DNA of 59,856 nt from Chrysochromulina tobinii (taxonomy: Eukaryota). The position numbers and the translations under genes were made by a program. Positions 42,466 to 53,367 of the stretch are shown here, in pieces (positions within the stretch are counted from its first letter, which is position 1; each line of letters opens with the position of its first letter). The notes beneath the pieces are model-generated. The model was not told where the DNA came from, searched no databases, and saw only the letters and a list, made by a program, of their open reading frames with translations. The stretch is taken from positions 1-59,856 of the forward strand of contig JWZX01003346.1 in assembly GCA_001275005.1 (NCBI GenBank), written 5' to 3'.

Positions 42466-45164
42466 TCATGGGTGCCAGGCGTCGCCGGCGCCGCGGAGGC
42501 CGTACTTGAGGCGTAATGCAAGCGACTGCATCAGGCTATCGAAGGCGTCCGGCGCGTGCGCGAGGATAAGCCTCACCTCAAGGGGAAGTGCTTCGCGCCA
42601 CAAGAGGCGCGTCCACACCGCGGCGAGGGCATGCCGCTTGGACATCAGGGCTGTCGTGTTGGCGGCCAGACGGCGCAGGATCATGGGCAGCTGTGGCAGG
42701 TCGCGAGGCTCGAGACGCACGGCGATGGCGTCCCAGTCGAGTAGAAGCCCTTCAAAGGCCTGCAGCACGGGAGGGTAGGCCGAGGCCTCGTCCCGCTGGA
42801 TGAGCACTGGAATGCACCCGAGGGCTGCGCTGTGGAACACGCGCATGCCCCAGCCGGTGCCACTCGGGCACAAGCAGAAGATGGTCTGGAGCATCTCGGC
42901 GTCGAGAGAGACGTACGGCGGAGGCGGCTTGAGGTCCGTCGCACGCAGCTGGAAGCCCTCCTCCTTGTGGAATCGGCGGTAGACCTCCCAGCGCACCCCG
43001 AAGGAGTAGTGGTCGAGGAAGCCGTGCTTCTGACGGCACTTGCGCCCGAGCTCGGCAAGACCGTTCATGTGATCGTAAGTCTGCCAGCAGATGGCGCCGT
43101 GGAAGAAGAGGAGCTTGGTGCGCCCGTGCCATGCCTTGTGGTTCGCGTCGGCGGCGGCGGCGCGCGCGGCGGCGGCTGGGTCGGTGGGGAATTGTCGGTG
43201 GAAGGTGAGGAAGGGCGACTTGGCGACAATGTGGTCGCGCAGCACGCCTGGAATGACGAGGTCGCGCGTGGCGTCGAAGCAACGCTCCGTCGGCACGCCT
43301 CCGAGCCCCGTGACGGCACCCCAATTGCTCAGAAGGATCGAGGCGCGCGTCTGGTCCCAGATCGATCCCCAGGGGTTCGAGCACCCCGCCGCGTCGCGCG
43401 TGTTCGACCAGATGTGATCCGCGCCGCCCGACCTGTTGAAGTATGGCCACACGCTGCGCACATATTGGTGCGCACGCCAGTAGACCTCCGGATTGCCCCA
43501 CGAGCCATGGAAATCCCACACGGGCACGTAGTAAAAGTCCGCACGCGAGGGATCCGTCGTTCGGTGCGCCGAGCGGAGCAGCGAGATGTGCACCGCTTTG
43601 AAGCCCCGATAGTCGGCTGGCCCGTGTGAATAGAAGGCCCATGTCGGCTCGGCCTTGAGTGCCAGGACGTTCATGCGGGCGGGCAGCTCATACACGTACA
43701 CGCACGGGCGCACGCATGTGCCCGCGGCAGCGCCCATGCTAGCAGCGCCGGCGCCGCCTTCAATGCCCGCCTGTGAATGCCCTCGTGTGAATTCGGCGCC
43801 GCCTTCAATGCCGCCGCCGCCTTCCTCGCTGGCTCCGCCGCCGCCGCTGCCTCGTGACGTGAGGCTTGAGGGGATGGTGGGTGGCGCGGCAATTCCCAGG
43901 TGGCCAGCGGGCAGCGCATGCAACGCCTCCGTGCTCGCCCTGAACGGCTCCAGCGAACAGTCGACCCCGTAATAGGGCGGTCGACAGAGGCAAAAGCCAA
44001 AGTCGCACCGGCCGCGGTTGAGGCAATCTGAGACACAAAACCATCTGGGATGCCTCTCGCACGCTGCACCAAAGTAGCCTGGGATGCACTGGCACGTGCC
44101 ACCCTGGCACACACCCCGCCCATTGCACCGGTCGGGGCATTGGTCCAGCGGCGAACCGACGCAATCAATGGTCGCGCCGCTGCCATCGCCTCGGGTCGGA
44201 TGGCGCTCACCTGATCAAGGAGGCCATCAGAGGTCATCCGAGGCTATACGAGGCAATCCGAGGCAAACAGAGGGCTCGGATGGCACGCACCCCTCGAGTG
44301 CTCGCACACAGGCTTGTCACAAAAGAAGGCGGACGAGTCGTTATAGACGCACCAGCCGTGATGGGTCTGCGGGCGTGCGAGCGCAGGCTGCACGTGCAAT
44401 TCGCATTGGGGACCCCATCGGTGGCGTGGACAGTCGCAACGACCCAAATCGGGCAGGCACACGCCCTCGTTTGCGACGCACTCGCGCGGGCACTGTTGGC
44501 GGCCCCAATGCCACGCATTGCCGGTGAGCACTGGGATGATGCGTGTGGCGCCGCCCATGGCGCGCGGCGGCATCGCCACCACCGGCGAGTCGCGCTCATC
44601 CCATCCTGACTGCTGCATGATGGCCAGAAGCTCAGCGTCGCGCTTGGACATGCCGCTCGCGTACCCGACCTTGTTGCCGTGGGCGACAATGGCGACGCCC
44701 CATGAGTCACGCACGTCCGCCGAGGCATCCGGACGATTTGCCGGGTGCGCCGCCATGTACGCGAGGTGCAGCGCGTATGCGGACGGCAGCGGTGAAAGCG
44801 GCTTGAGAGGGCCAACGTCAATGGCCCGAGCTGCACTCGTTGCCACAGCGCCAGCGGCGGCACTGGCGGCGCCCTCGACGATGGTAGCGCTCGTGTTCGT
44901 CGTCGGTTCTTCACGGTTGCGCGCACGCGCTTTTCTCTGCCGCCGCCGCCGCCGCCGTTGCTTCTCCGCCAAGAACCTGTCCTCGAGGTCGATCTTGCAA
45001 GTAGGGCCCGGGCACTGCTGTAGGGCCCGGGCGTGGCGCGCGAGCCGCACGGGCTCTACAGCAACGTGCGGCGGCGGCGCGGGGGACGCGGTGCGGGAGA
45101 ACAAGAGCCCCGCCGCAATCGCGCCGAGAGCGAAGCACAGCAATGTGCTCCTTGCTGAGGACAT
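42466..45164 (-). CDS. Exostosin-family (GT47) glycosyltransferase with EGF-like repeats; exons 45164-44291, 44210-42466
   Basis: N-terminal TM, EGF-like CxCxxGYFGxxC, VYVYELP, RTTDPSRADFYYVP and FCLCPSGTGWG.RVFHSAALGCIPV. Confidence 0.9.
44211..44290 (-). mobile_element. Introner-like intron (family B), 80 nt
   Basis: On the minus strand the start gtgcgtgccatccga resembles the next exon gtgagcgccatccga. Filler ggattgcctc...gatgacctctgatggcctc, ending gatcag. Confidence 0.7.
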
Positions 45165-45296
45165 TCAGCCAGATTCGCGGCCACACACACGCGCCCGTTT
45201 CGCGGCCACACACACGCGCCCGCCACACTCCGTTTCGAGGTACGGGTCCTCCACGCACGCGAGCATTGAAAACGAATTTGCTGTGAAAGTGTTGAG

Positions 45297-45377
45297 AGTC
45301 GTTTTCAGAGCTGACCTTTTCGAGAAAGCGGTCGGTGTGCGCGTGTCCGTTTGTCGATTCAACTGACCTTTTCGCAA
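45297..45377. repeat. CTGACCTTTTCG motif cluster; inverted counterpart at 52569-52748
   Basis: 45352-45377 reverse-complements 52573-52598 at 25/26 nt. Confidence 0.75.
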
Positions 45378-45870
45378 GGAAGCACCAACGATGTGTGAAT
45401 CGCCACCGGGATGCGACCGCACAGCGACAGTCTGTGTTTCGCGTGGGTCGATTGCTCGATTCCGAGTCTGACCGAGCTAACGGTTACCTTGTAGGGCTTT
45501 TCTCAAGAAAGCCGACCCGCGACCGAGCAGCAGGGTGAGGCCCGGAGGATCAAGCTCAAAGCCGTCTAGGTGTGCGCGCGTTCGCGCATATTAAAAATGC
45601 GCGTCGTTCTCGGTCGAGTCGGTTTACGATGATCTGAGCTGACCGTTTTCGCGTGCGACAGTGCACACACTAGAGGATGTCAGGTTTTCCCACTTGCACT
45701 CTTCATCCGATCTCAAATACTACGACACATCGGCGAGACGAACTGACTGAAGGTGCAGGCTCTCACATGCTGTCTCGTCGCCGTCTCGCGGCCTCAATGC
45801 CTCCTCCAGGAAACCCAGCGGCTCCCATTCGCATGCGCGTGATCGATCCGCACACGTCGCACAGAGCGCC

Positions 45871-46482
45871 TTACTGGGCGGGCCCTCCGCATGGATAGCC
45901 ACAGCACTCGGCCCCCATCGGCACGATCTCGCCCGAGCGCACGTACTTAGTTCCCCCGTGGATGTAAACCACACGCTGGTCGCACGGGCAGCAGAATGGG
46001 ACGCAGGTAGCTGGCCAGCAGAAAAAGAGTAAGAGGAGGCAGATGATGAGGGTGGTGCAGCCGATGAAAGTCTCCTCCTGATAGACGCCGCCGGGCGGCG
46101 CGCCTGGGGGCGGAACCGCCACCGAGAACCCCGGTTGCTGATTGATCACGATAGGAGCGGGGGGAGCCTGCATAATGATCTGGGGTGGCGGCGCACCATA
46201 CGGCTGCTGCCCATACGGCTGCTGCCCATACGGCTGCTGCCCATACGGCTGCTGCCCATAGGGCGCACCCATCATGACCGGCTGCCCCATCACCGGGCCC
46301 ACCGGCTGGGCCACCGGGGCCATCGGTTGGGCCATCGCGGGCATGCTGAACATGAACGAGCTTCCCGGCGGGTGGCCCGGCGGCACTGTGAGAGTAACCG
46401 GGCCCGATGGGGTCATTATCTGGAACTGATCCCCCGTATTCAGGCCCATTGGGACGGTCGCCTGGAACTGCTGCTCGTGCAT
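45871..46482 (-). CDS. Pro/Gln-rich protein with Cys-rich C-terminal membrane segment (BRI3/CYSTM-like)
   Basis: PYGQQ x4 and IICLLLLFFCWPATCVPFCCPCD. Confidence 0.75.
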   Translation of the reverse strand: MHEQQFQATVPMGLNTGDQFQIMTPSGPVTLTVPPGHPPGSSFMFSMPAMAQPMAPVAQPVGPVMGQPVMMGAPYGQQPYGQQPYGQQPYGQQPYGAPPPQIIMQAPPAPIVINQQPGFSVAVPPPGAPPGGVYQEETFIGCTTLIICLLLLFFCWPATCVPFCCPCDQRVVYIHGGTKYVRSGEIVPMGAECCGYPCGGPAQ

Positions 46483-46630
46483 CGTTCACGAGCAAGAGGG
46501 CAGCCTCCGCTTCCCGACAAACGAAGACGCCCTAGGTGTGACTGTGAAACCACAAAGAGCTTTGTATCTTGTGAACTTTCCTCCCTCGAGTGATTCACTT
46601 CTTAACTCTTTTCACACTTTTCGATAAGTC

Positions 46631-47479
46631 ATGAAGTCGGTCTGGCGCGGCCGCGCCCTCGCCGTGGCTAGCCACCTGCTCATCTGGGTCTTCGTCGCGT
46701 TCAACTACGTGCAGCACGCGGTGTGGCGCTCGCCGCCGTGGAGCGTGGGCGTGTTCGCTTCCTCGCACCTCCTGCTGGCGCTCTTTGCGCTGTCATGGTG
46801 GCAGGTCACATTCAGCCGTGCACAAGGGCCGCCGCAAGCGTGGTACGACTCCGTCAACCCTATGGCCGAGGTGTGCAAACGCACGGGTGTCTCGCTGCCT
46901 CCGCGGGCGCGCCTCTGGGACGATGAGCTTGTGCTCGGCTTCGACCACTTCTGTGGCTGGCTTGGCGTGCCGATTGGCTTGCACAACCGCAAGTTCTTCG
47001 TGCTGCTGCTCTTGTACGGTTCGCTGCTGACGGCTGTGGGGGGCTCACTCTCGCTCCACGACTATCTCGTCAAGTCGAGCGCCACTCCCCTTTTACCGTC
47101 CGCCGGTGGCCGTGGCGGCGGCGAGGACGGCCATCCGTCGCTCATGTCTTCGGTTATGGTTTTCGTGTCGCCGGCGCTGTTCCTGTACAGTCTGTACAGC
47201 GGCGCTGGCCAGCTCAGGCAGCTCTCGCTCGAGGTGTACACTACGCTCTTCGACATGGCCACCTGCGTCGTTCTCTTCGTCTTCCTCGTGTACCACGTGC
47301 GGCTCGTCTTGCGCAACGGCACAACAATCGACCCGATCACCTCCCGATGGGACGTCGGCCGCCGCGCGAACTGGGAGCAGGTCTTTGGCCACAAGGCGAT
47401 CTGGTGGCTTGTGCCCTTGCGAGGGTCGGGGCCGACTGTGGATGGCGTCAACTGGCCCGAAAGGCTGGAGCGGATCTGA
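46631..47479 (+). CDS. DHHC-family protein S-acyltransferase with variant DHFC motif
   Basis: Four TM segments, PPRAR, FDHFCGWLGVPIGLHNRKFF, NGTTI and WDVG...NWEQVFG. Confidence 0.85.
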   Translation: MKSVWRGRALAVASHLLIWVFVAFNYVQHAVWRSPPWSVGVFASSHLLLALFALSWWQVTFSRAQGPPQAWYDSVNPMAEVCKRTGVSLPPRARLWDDELVLGFDHFCGWLGVPIGLHNRKFFVLLLLYGSLLTAVGGSLSLHDYLVKSSATPLLPSAGGRGGGEDGHPSLMSSVMVFVSPALFLYSLYSGAGQLRQLSLEVYTTLFDMATCVVLFVFLVYHVRLVLRNGTTIDPITSRWDVGRRANWEQVFGHKAIWWLVPLRGSGPTVDGVNWPERLERI

Positions 47480-47618
47480 GACCAGCACAAATATCCGATC
47501 GTCACCGCCTAAGACGGCGAACGCTGTGACGCTGCCTCTGACGCCGGCGCCGTACGCATTGTGGGACCGCGCGAATAAGTCTAGAATCAATTAAGGTGGT
47601 AGCTCAAGATCCTAAATA

Positions 47619-48092
47619 CTAATCTGTCACTTTGATTGAAGGGCGCGCACAGCGTGCCCGTGCGCGGAGCGTTTTCGTTTTCTTCTTACCGCACACAATG
47701 TGCCGCATGCCGCTCTCAGACATCGGAAGAGGCTCAAGCCCGTCGTCATCTGAGTCGAGGTCGCAGCTGTCCAGACGCTCATTGACTGCGTGGGGTCTCA
47801 ATCGTTGTGGAGACGTGCGACGGTGTTGGGGCCGACGCCGTGGTTGCGGGAGTGAAGGGATGCACGTAGGCGGCGCCGCCTTTTTGTGGCCTAGCCTAAA
47901 TTTGGTGGCGTGCTGCTCGCACTTGAGGCGGCACGTCTCCAGGGCGTGCCAACCGGCCACCTGGAGCACTTGCAGCGACCGCAAGTGCCTTGCGTAAGAG
48001 CTGAGCAGGGCCCGGAGTGCATGCGGTTCGTCATCGCTCGACATGGGCGGGGTCGAGCCGGAGCACGATGTCGCCACGTCGGTATCGTCCAT
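47619..48092 (-). CDS. Hypothetical protein
   Basis: Plausible ORF from MDDTDVATS. No family recognised. Confidence 0.35.
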   Translation of the reverse strand: MDDTDVATSCSGSTPPMSSDDEPHALRALLSSYARHLRSLQVLQVAGWHALETCRLKCEQHATKFRLGHKKAAPPTCIPSLPQPRRRPQHRRTSPQRLRPHAVNERLDSCDLDSDDDGLEPLPMSESGMRHIVCGKKKTKTLRARARCARPSIKVTD

Positions 48093-48595
48093 TGGAGAGG
48101 TGCACTCCTTAGCTAGTGAAGCGCACGTCTCGCTCCGGTCGGCCAGCACGGGCACATGAGCTCGCATTTCTGGATCGAGACGTTCTTGTCTCGGAGAAAT
48201 CGACGAAACCTACGTGCGAGACGAAAACGTTGCAGGCGGGTCACGTCCCGGCCGCAAAGCTCTCCTCTCACACTGAAATCTTCACCACCGCAAGCGAGCA
48301 CGGTTCGACCTGGACGTTTATTCTGGACGAGAGGTCGAGAGCATAGTATCTGAGCATTCGGCGCCATCGGCGGCCCCCCCCGTCGGCCCTCTGCTATCCA
48401 CCGAACTCGGCTTCGGCCGTTCGTTTCTGCCAAACTGATTCATTACCCGATGCAGCAGAAGTTTGCGCACTGATCACGCACCCGCGGTGGATTATTATAC
48501 GAGCTCTTCATGTACGTTCGGCTGTACCCTCGAGGCTGTACATGTAACACAGACCACAACCGCACAAGTGTCGGAGAGAATCAAATGCGCGAGAA

Positions 48596-50812
48596 TCAAG
48601 TGCGCAGCAATGAGCCCCCATCTGGCTCCATGCCGGCCCGAATCTCCTCCAGACGGCGGCGCTGTCGCCCCTCGCTGTCGAAGTTGGCCGGCGAGAGCCA
48701 CGCCGAGAGCGCCGCGCCCACTCGAGGCCACTCGGCGTCAAGGATCGAGAACCACGCCGTGTCACGGTTGCGCTGTCGGACGACTGTGGCTTGGCGCGTC
48801 ACGCCTTCGAAGACGAAGCCAAGGCGCAGGGCGGCTGCGCGTGAGCGCACGTGGCGCGCGTTGCACTTCCACTCAACGCGCCGGTAGCCGTTGCTAAAGC
48901 TCCACTGGAGCATGAGGAAGAGCGCCTCGGTCGCGGGCGGCGTGCGAGCCAGTTGCGGCCCGAAGCTCAGATGGCCTATCTCAAGACATCCATGCGCGGC
49001 GGCGATGCGGAGGAAGGCGGCGAGGCCGAGGGCGACGCCGTTCACTTCGAGCGCGAAGAAGAGCGGGTCGGCGCTCGTCGTCTGTGGACCGAGCCATGCG
49101 CCGAGCGCCGCCGGCGAGTCGAACGGACCGTACGAGAGGAATGTCCAGTGCACGTCGCCCGCGCCGGCATAGGCGGCGTGGAGTGCGCTCGCGTGCTCCA
49201 AAGCAAGCGGCACGCATGCCACACAGGCGCCGCGTAGCGTCAGTCGGACCGGCGACGGCGGCGGCTTCCAGTCGGAAGCCAGTTGAGGCCCGATGGGTAT
49301 GCTGACGGCAGGCAGGCCGATGGGCATGCTAACGGCAGCAGAGTCGTGCACTTGCCACACGGGGGCCTGCCAGTTGGTACGCGGAGGCGTCGCGCTCAGC
49401 AGCGGAGCCGTCATGCCGCTCAGGCTGGTCTTCTGTCTGTTGAAGAGTGTGGCGGCCTCGGCAGGCGCCGTTACGGGCGCGCTCGATAATCCCACGCCTT
49501 CACCCACGCCTTTACCAAAGCTTTCACCGATGCCTCCGGCCACGATGCCAAAGTTGCTCGGATCGAGCCATGCACAATAGCAGCGCTCGATGGCGGGCCA
49601 CTCCGGGCGCGTGATGGAGAACACTGCCTGATCGCTCGTGCGACCCTTTAGGACGAACCGTTGGCGGAAGGTGACTTCATACGTAAAGCCGAGTCGCTGC
49701 GCAGCCCGCATGGCGGGCTCATTGTGAGGATCGCACGACCATTCGACACGACGGTAGCCGCACGCGAATGCCTCGCGGATCTGGAGGATCATCGCCTCGG
49801 TGCCCGCGGCGGCGCCTGCAATCCTCGGCGAGATCATGATCTCCGCAATCTCCGCGGTGCCTCCCTCTGGAGCGACGCTTATCAGCGCGCCAAGACCCGC
49901 CGCGGTGCCACTCGCAAGGTCGACGTACCTGATGACGGGGGCACTCAGATAGCATGAGGTGCAATCAGAGGCGATCAATGGCCCGTCGCTCGCAAGGTCG
50001 ACTTACACGCCGAAGTAGGCGCCCGTGCCGGCCTCGAGGCTCGCGAGGTACGCCCACAGCGCCTCGCGACTTGAGAAGCCGCTCTGGAAACTGTACGCCC
50101 AACGGCTGTGGCTTGGATCGTCTTGGAAGGCTGCAAAGAGCTCATCGCAATGCCTGTCTGCCTCGAGAGGCTCGACGCGCACGAATCGGCCGACGTGTGT
50201 CGCGCGGTGCAGCCGCTTTGGTGGCGCCCACAGCGCGTCCGACGCTGCGGTGCACAGGGTGGGCAGGTATTCATCGAGCACCTGGTGGCCGCCATGAGGC
50301 ACGGCGTGCAGGACCACATCCGCCATGCCGTCCACGTACAGCTGCGAGAGCCCGAAGCTCCTGACAGGGTCGTCGCGCGCCCAAAAGAGCACTGCCGGCA
50401 GCCGCGCGATCCTGGCGATCAAAGAAGTGTCCGTGAGCGACGGCGCAACCAGCACCAGCATGCGCACCATCATCGGGTGAGCGGCAGCAAATGCCACGGC
50501 CTCACCGCCGCCCCATGACTTGCCCATGATGACTGCGCTTGTGGCACCCGCATGCTTGTAGATGCCCAGGAGTAGCTTCTCCGTGTCCACGCTTGCCATG
50601 AAGCCGGGCTTCGTGGCGGCATTCGAGTGCAGGTTAGGCAGCAGCACGCGCAGACCCACTGTGGCCAACTCACGGGCAGCTGGCTCCCACTCTGTGATGA
50701 CGTCTAGGTTGGCGCTCTTGCCCTGTATGCACAGGACGAGAGGCGCCCCGGCGCAGCCAAAGTCTAGCGCGTCCACGGGACCGAGGTGCGTCGCGAGCTG
50801 CACGGCCGCCAT
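48596..50812 (-). CDS. Alpha/beta-hydrolase fused to two RimJ/RimL-type GNAT acetyltransferase domains; exons 50812-50007, 49928-48596
   Basis: Triad GKSWGG, DD and GGH. Two GNAT repeats (GYRRVEWSCDPHNEPA and GYRRVEWKCNARH...RNRDTAWFSILDAEW). Phase-2 intron 50006-49929 joins the ORFs within the first GNAT. Confidence 0.8.
49929..50006 (-). mobile_element. Introner-like intron (family B), 78 nt, with 18-nt duplication (1 mismatch)
   Basis: Intron start gtaagtcgaccttgcgag versus exon start gtacgtcgaccttgcgag. Filler tgatcgcctctgattgcacctc, ending catcag. Confidence 0.8.
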
Positions 50813-50949
50813 GAACGTCGCGCGCGTCTTCAGCAAGTTTGCATGTGATCAGGAACACATCGGAGTTCGTATGACCAAAAAAGGAAAGAGGCTAAATAAG
50901 AATCTCTTTTTTCGTCCCCCCACGGTAGCGGACAACAGCCCTTTCGCTT

Positions 50950-52371
50950 CTAGCCAATGCGTGATCGCGCCCTACCTGTACAGCCGCCTCTCGCGCTCTC
51001 ATTCCACATGCGCTCCTCTATGAGGGAGGCCAGTGGGGTGACGAAAGCCGCAGCGCGCACGACCGCGATCAGGTTGCTGGCGCGCGGGTAGCAGTTGAAG
51101 AAGGCCTCCCCTAGGTCGGCGCTCTGCCAGGGCGTGAAACCGCCTCCGACTCGCGGAACGCCTGTTGCGTTCGGACTCGAGTCATAGCCCATCAAGTGCA
51201 TCAGGAGAGTCGTCCAGAGGCTCAGGGAAGGTGAAGGCGAGATGAGGACGGCCGCCCTGGAGGCCAGGTGCAGGTTCACGGCCGCCACTGCGGTCGGTGT
51301 GGAATGGTCGTCAGCCTTCCAGCCACCCCATGAATCTCCTTCCTCGCGAGGGTTGTCTGTATAGCTCACGCTCACATTGGCGGTGGCCGCCCACGCAAGA
51401 AATGTGCCCAGAGCCCGAGGGCTCGCAGTCTGCAACAGCACCTGGCGGAGCCCCGTCGCGTTGAGCACGAGCTGAGTGAGCCGGATGTATGCGCTTACAG
51501 GGGGCATGCGCTTGAACGCGCGGGCAGCCTCCGCCCTCTTCTCGGGCGAATCACGGATGTGGACGCTCACAAAGCCGCCCGAGCGGAGCCCAAACTGCTG
51601 TTGGACACAGCGTGCGAGGGCACGCACCCATGGGCGAGGCTCGAACAGGTAGCGTTGCGCGGCACGAAGCACGCTGAACGCGGCATCCCCGGGGCTCTCG
51701 TACAGGAATCGCATTCGGTAGATGGAGCTCAGCTTTACTCGCATCACCGCTGCCTTATGGTGCAGCAGGCAGCGGCCGCGGTCGTGAAACTCCTGCGGTG
51801 GCCGCGGTGTGCGTGACGAAGCCCGGCCGAACTCCTCCGCGGCGCGCATCTTTGCGTGATGATGGCTCTTTTCCACATTCCTCGTGCAGCTGCTAGCATG
51901 CTCAAACGGCCGTCCAGACCTCAGGCAGTTGCACTCCGTCTCAAACACCACGACGTCACGATCGCTTGGGGGTAGTGGGCAGTTCGTCCAAGGCTCGAAG
52001 GCGCACTGGAGTGTATACGGCGGCTGATCGCACCAGCGACCAAACGGTGTCCTCGAGGTCTCGTTGACCTGAGGCACTTCCAGGAGCACGCGGCCATGTC
52101 GAATGGCGAGCAGGAGCGCCGATGCAAGCAGCCGGCCGGTGAAACCAAGGCCCGCGCGTGACATGTCGTCTTCAATGAGCATGTACTGTGAGCACCTTTC
52201 TGGGTGCTGCAGCGTGCGAATCACCGGCAGCCAGCCATCGTCTGGGCGGATAGCAGCTGGCACGAACATCCATGGGTGCGCAAAGGCTCGGATGTTTTGC
52301 GATGATGCGAGGTGGCGCTCACGATCGTAAGGGATGGACGCGCTAGCATTAGTCTGGCACGCCGGCGGCAC
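50950..52371 (-). CDS. Alpha-1,6-fucosyltransferase (GT23/NodZ)-like protein; 5' end uncertain
   Basis: GLGF..LL.A...GRVL, FEPWTNC, VSVHIRDSPEK (VH.R...K motif) and NLHLASRA. Confidence 0.65.
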   Translation of the reverse strand: MPPACQTNASASIPYDRERHLASSQNIRAFAHPWMFVPAAIRPDDGWLPVIRTLQHPERCSQYMLIEDDMSRAGLGFTGRLLASALLLAIRHGRVLLEVPQVNETSRTPFGRWCDQPPYTLQCAFEPWTNCPLPPSDRDVVVFETECNCLRSGRPFEHASSCTRNVEKSHHHAKMRAAEEFGRASSRTPRPPQEFHDRGRCLLHHKAAVMRVKLSSIYRMRFLYESPGDAAFSVLRAAQRYLFEPRPWVRALARCVQQQFGLRSGGFVSVHIRDSPEKRAEAARAFKRMPPVSAYIRLTQLVLNATGLRQVLLQTASPRALGTFLAWAATANVSVSYTDNPREEGDSWGGWKADDHSTPTAVAAVNLHLASRAAVLISPSPSLSLWTTLLMHLMGYDSSPNATGVPRVGGGFTPWQSADLGEAFFNCYPRASNLIAVVRAAAFVTPLASLIEERMWNESARGGCTGRARSRIG

Positions 52372-53367
52372 CCTCCTGCCATCCGCTCGACGTCGATTGC
52401 CAGCCCTTCGTCACACCGCACACACCTGACCCGAAGGCATCGTGGCTCCCTGAACTGCCGCCCAGAGCGAATGTAGCCGCCGTCACCGACGGGATGTCCA
52501 CGGTCAGCATGCCCGATGGCCGCGCGCGCTCGCACCCAGCAGCGGCCCGAGTCCGTGTCGAGTTTCTGTGTGTTGCGAAAGGGTCAGTTGAATCGACACA
52601 CAAGGTACCGACCAGCCACTACAGGTACCACGCGAAAACAGTGTGTTGCGAAAAGGTCAGCTCAGAACGACACACGCGTGCACGCACCGCCTTGGGCACT
52701 ACCACACGAAACAAGCGATCGTTTCGAATCATTTGAGAAAAGGTCAGTCCAAGACAGAGGTGCAAAAGAATGCTTTCGTCCGGCGTTCGTCGTCGCTCCC
52801 TAAGGGGCGACGGGCTACAGGAGATCGGGGGGGGGCGTGATTTGGCTGCTCGCGGAGCCGCACGGGGGCCAACGGGAGGCTGCTGCCGCAACCGCGATGG
52901 CCTTGCTGTGGCAAGGGCAGCAGCAGCAATTAGCAGCCGCGACAGCGGCAGGCCGCAGCAGAGCCACGGCATTACAAACAGTCACAGCCACAGCCCAACG
53001 GCATTTGTTGCCGCAGCTCCTGCCGCTGCCGCCGCCGCCACAGCGCAGCTACAGCGGCCGGGCAGCATCAGCTGGCAGCAGCTGCAGCTGCAGACGCCAC
53101 AGCCACAGCCAGGGCCCAACGGCGGACCCGGCCCCGTTGTCGCGAATCGGCGCATAAGGCCGAAACAGTCACAGTCACAGCCACAGACACAGTTGACGGC
53201 GGAGGCCGGGGGTGGATGGCGGCTGGTGTTTTTGCGCCCATCACGGCGCTGTGGGATTCGGGATCCCGCCCGGGAGTGGCCATCGGGTCGAAGTGGCCCG
53301 AAGGGCGGAAACCCGACTCGGCCGATCGCGGCCGCCCGGAGCCGCCACTCATCGGAGCCCGTCGGAG

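Noticed and set aside
42098..42778. ORF 42098-42778 as a gene
   Set aside because: It overlaps the GT47 3' end antisense, has an Arg-rich non-protein-like composition, and shows no motif.
45310..45375. AGGTCA as a nuclear-receptor half-site
   Set aside because: Nuclear receptors are animal-specific. The motif is retained only as an unexplained repeat.
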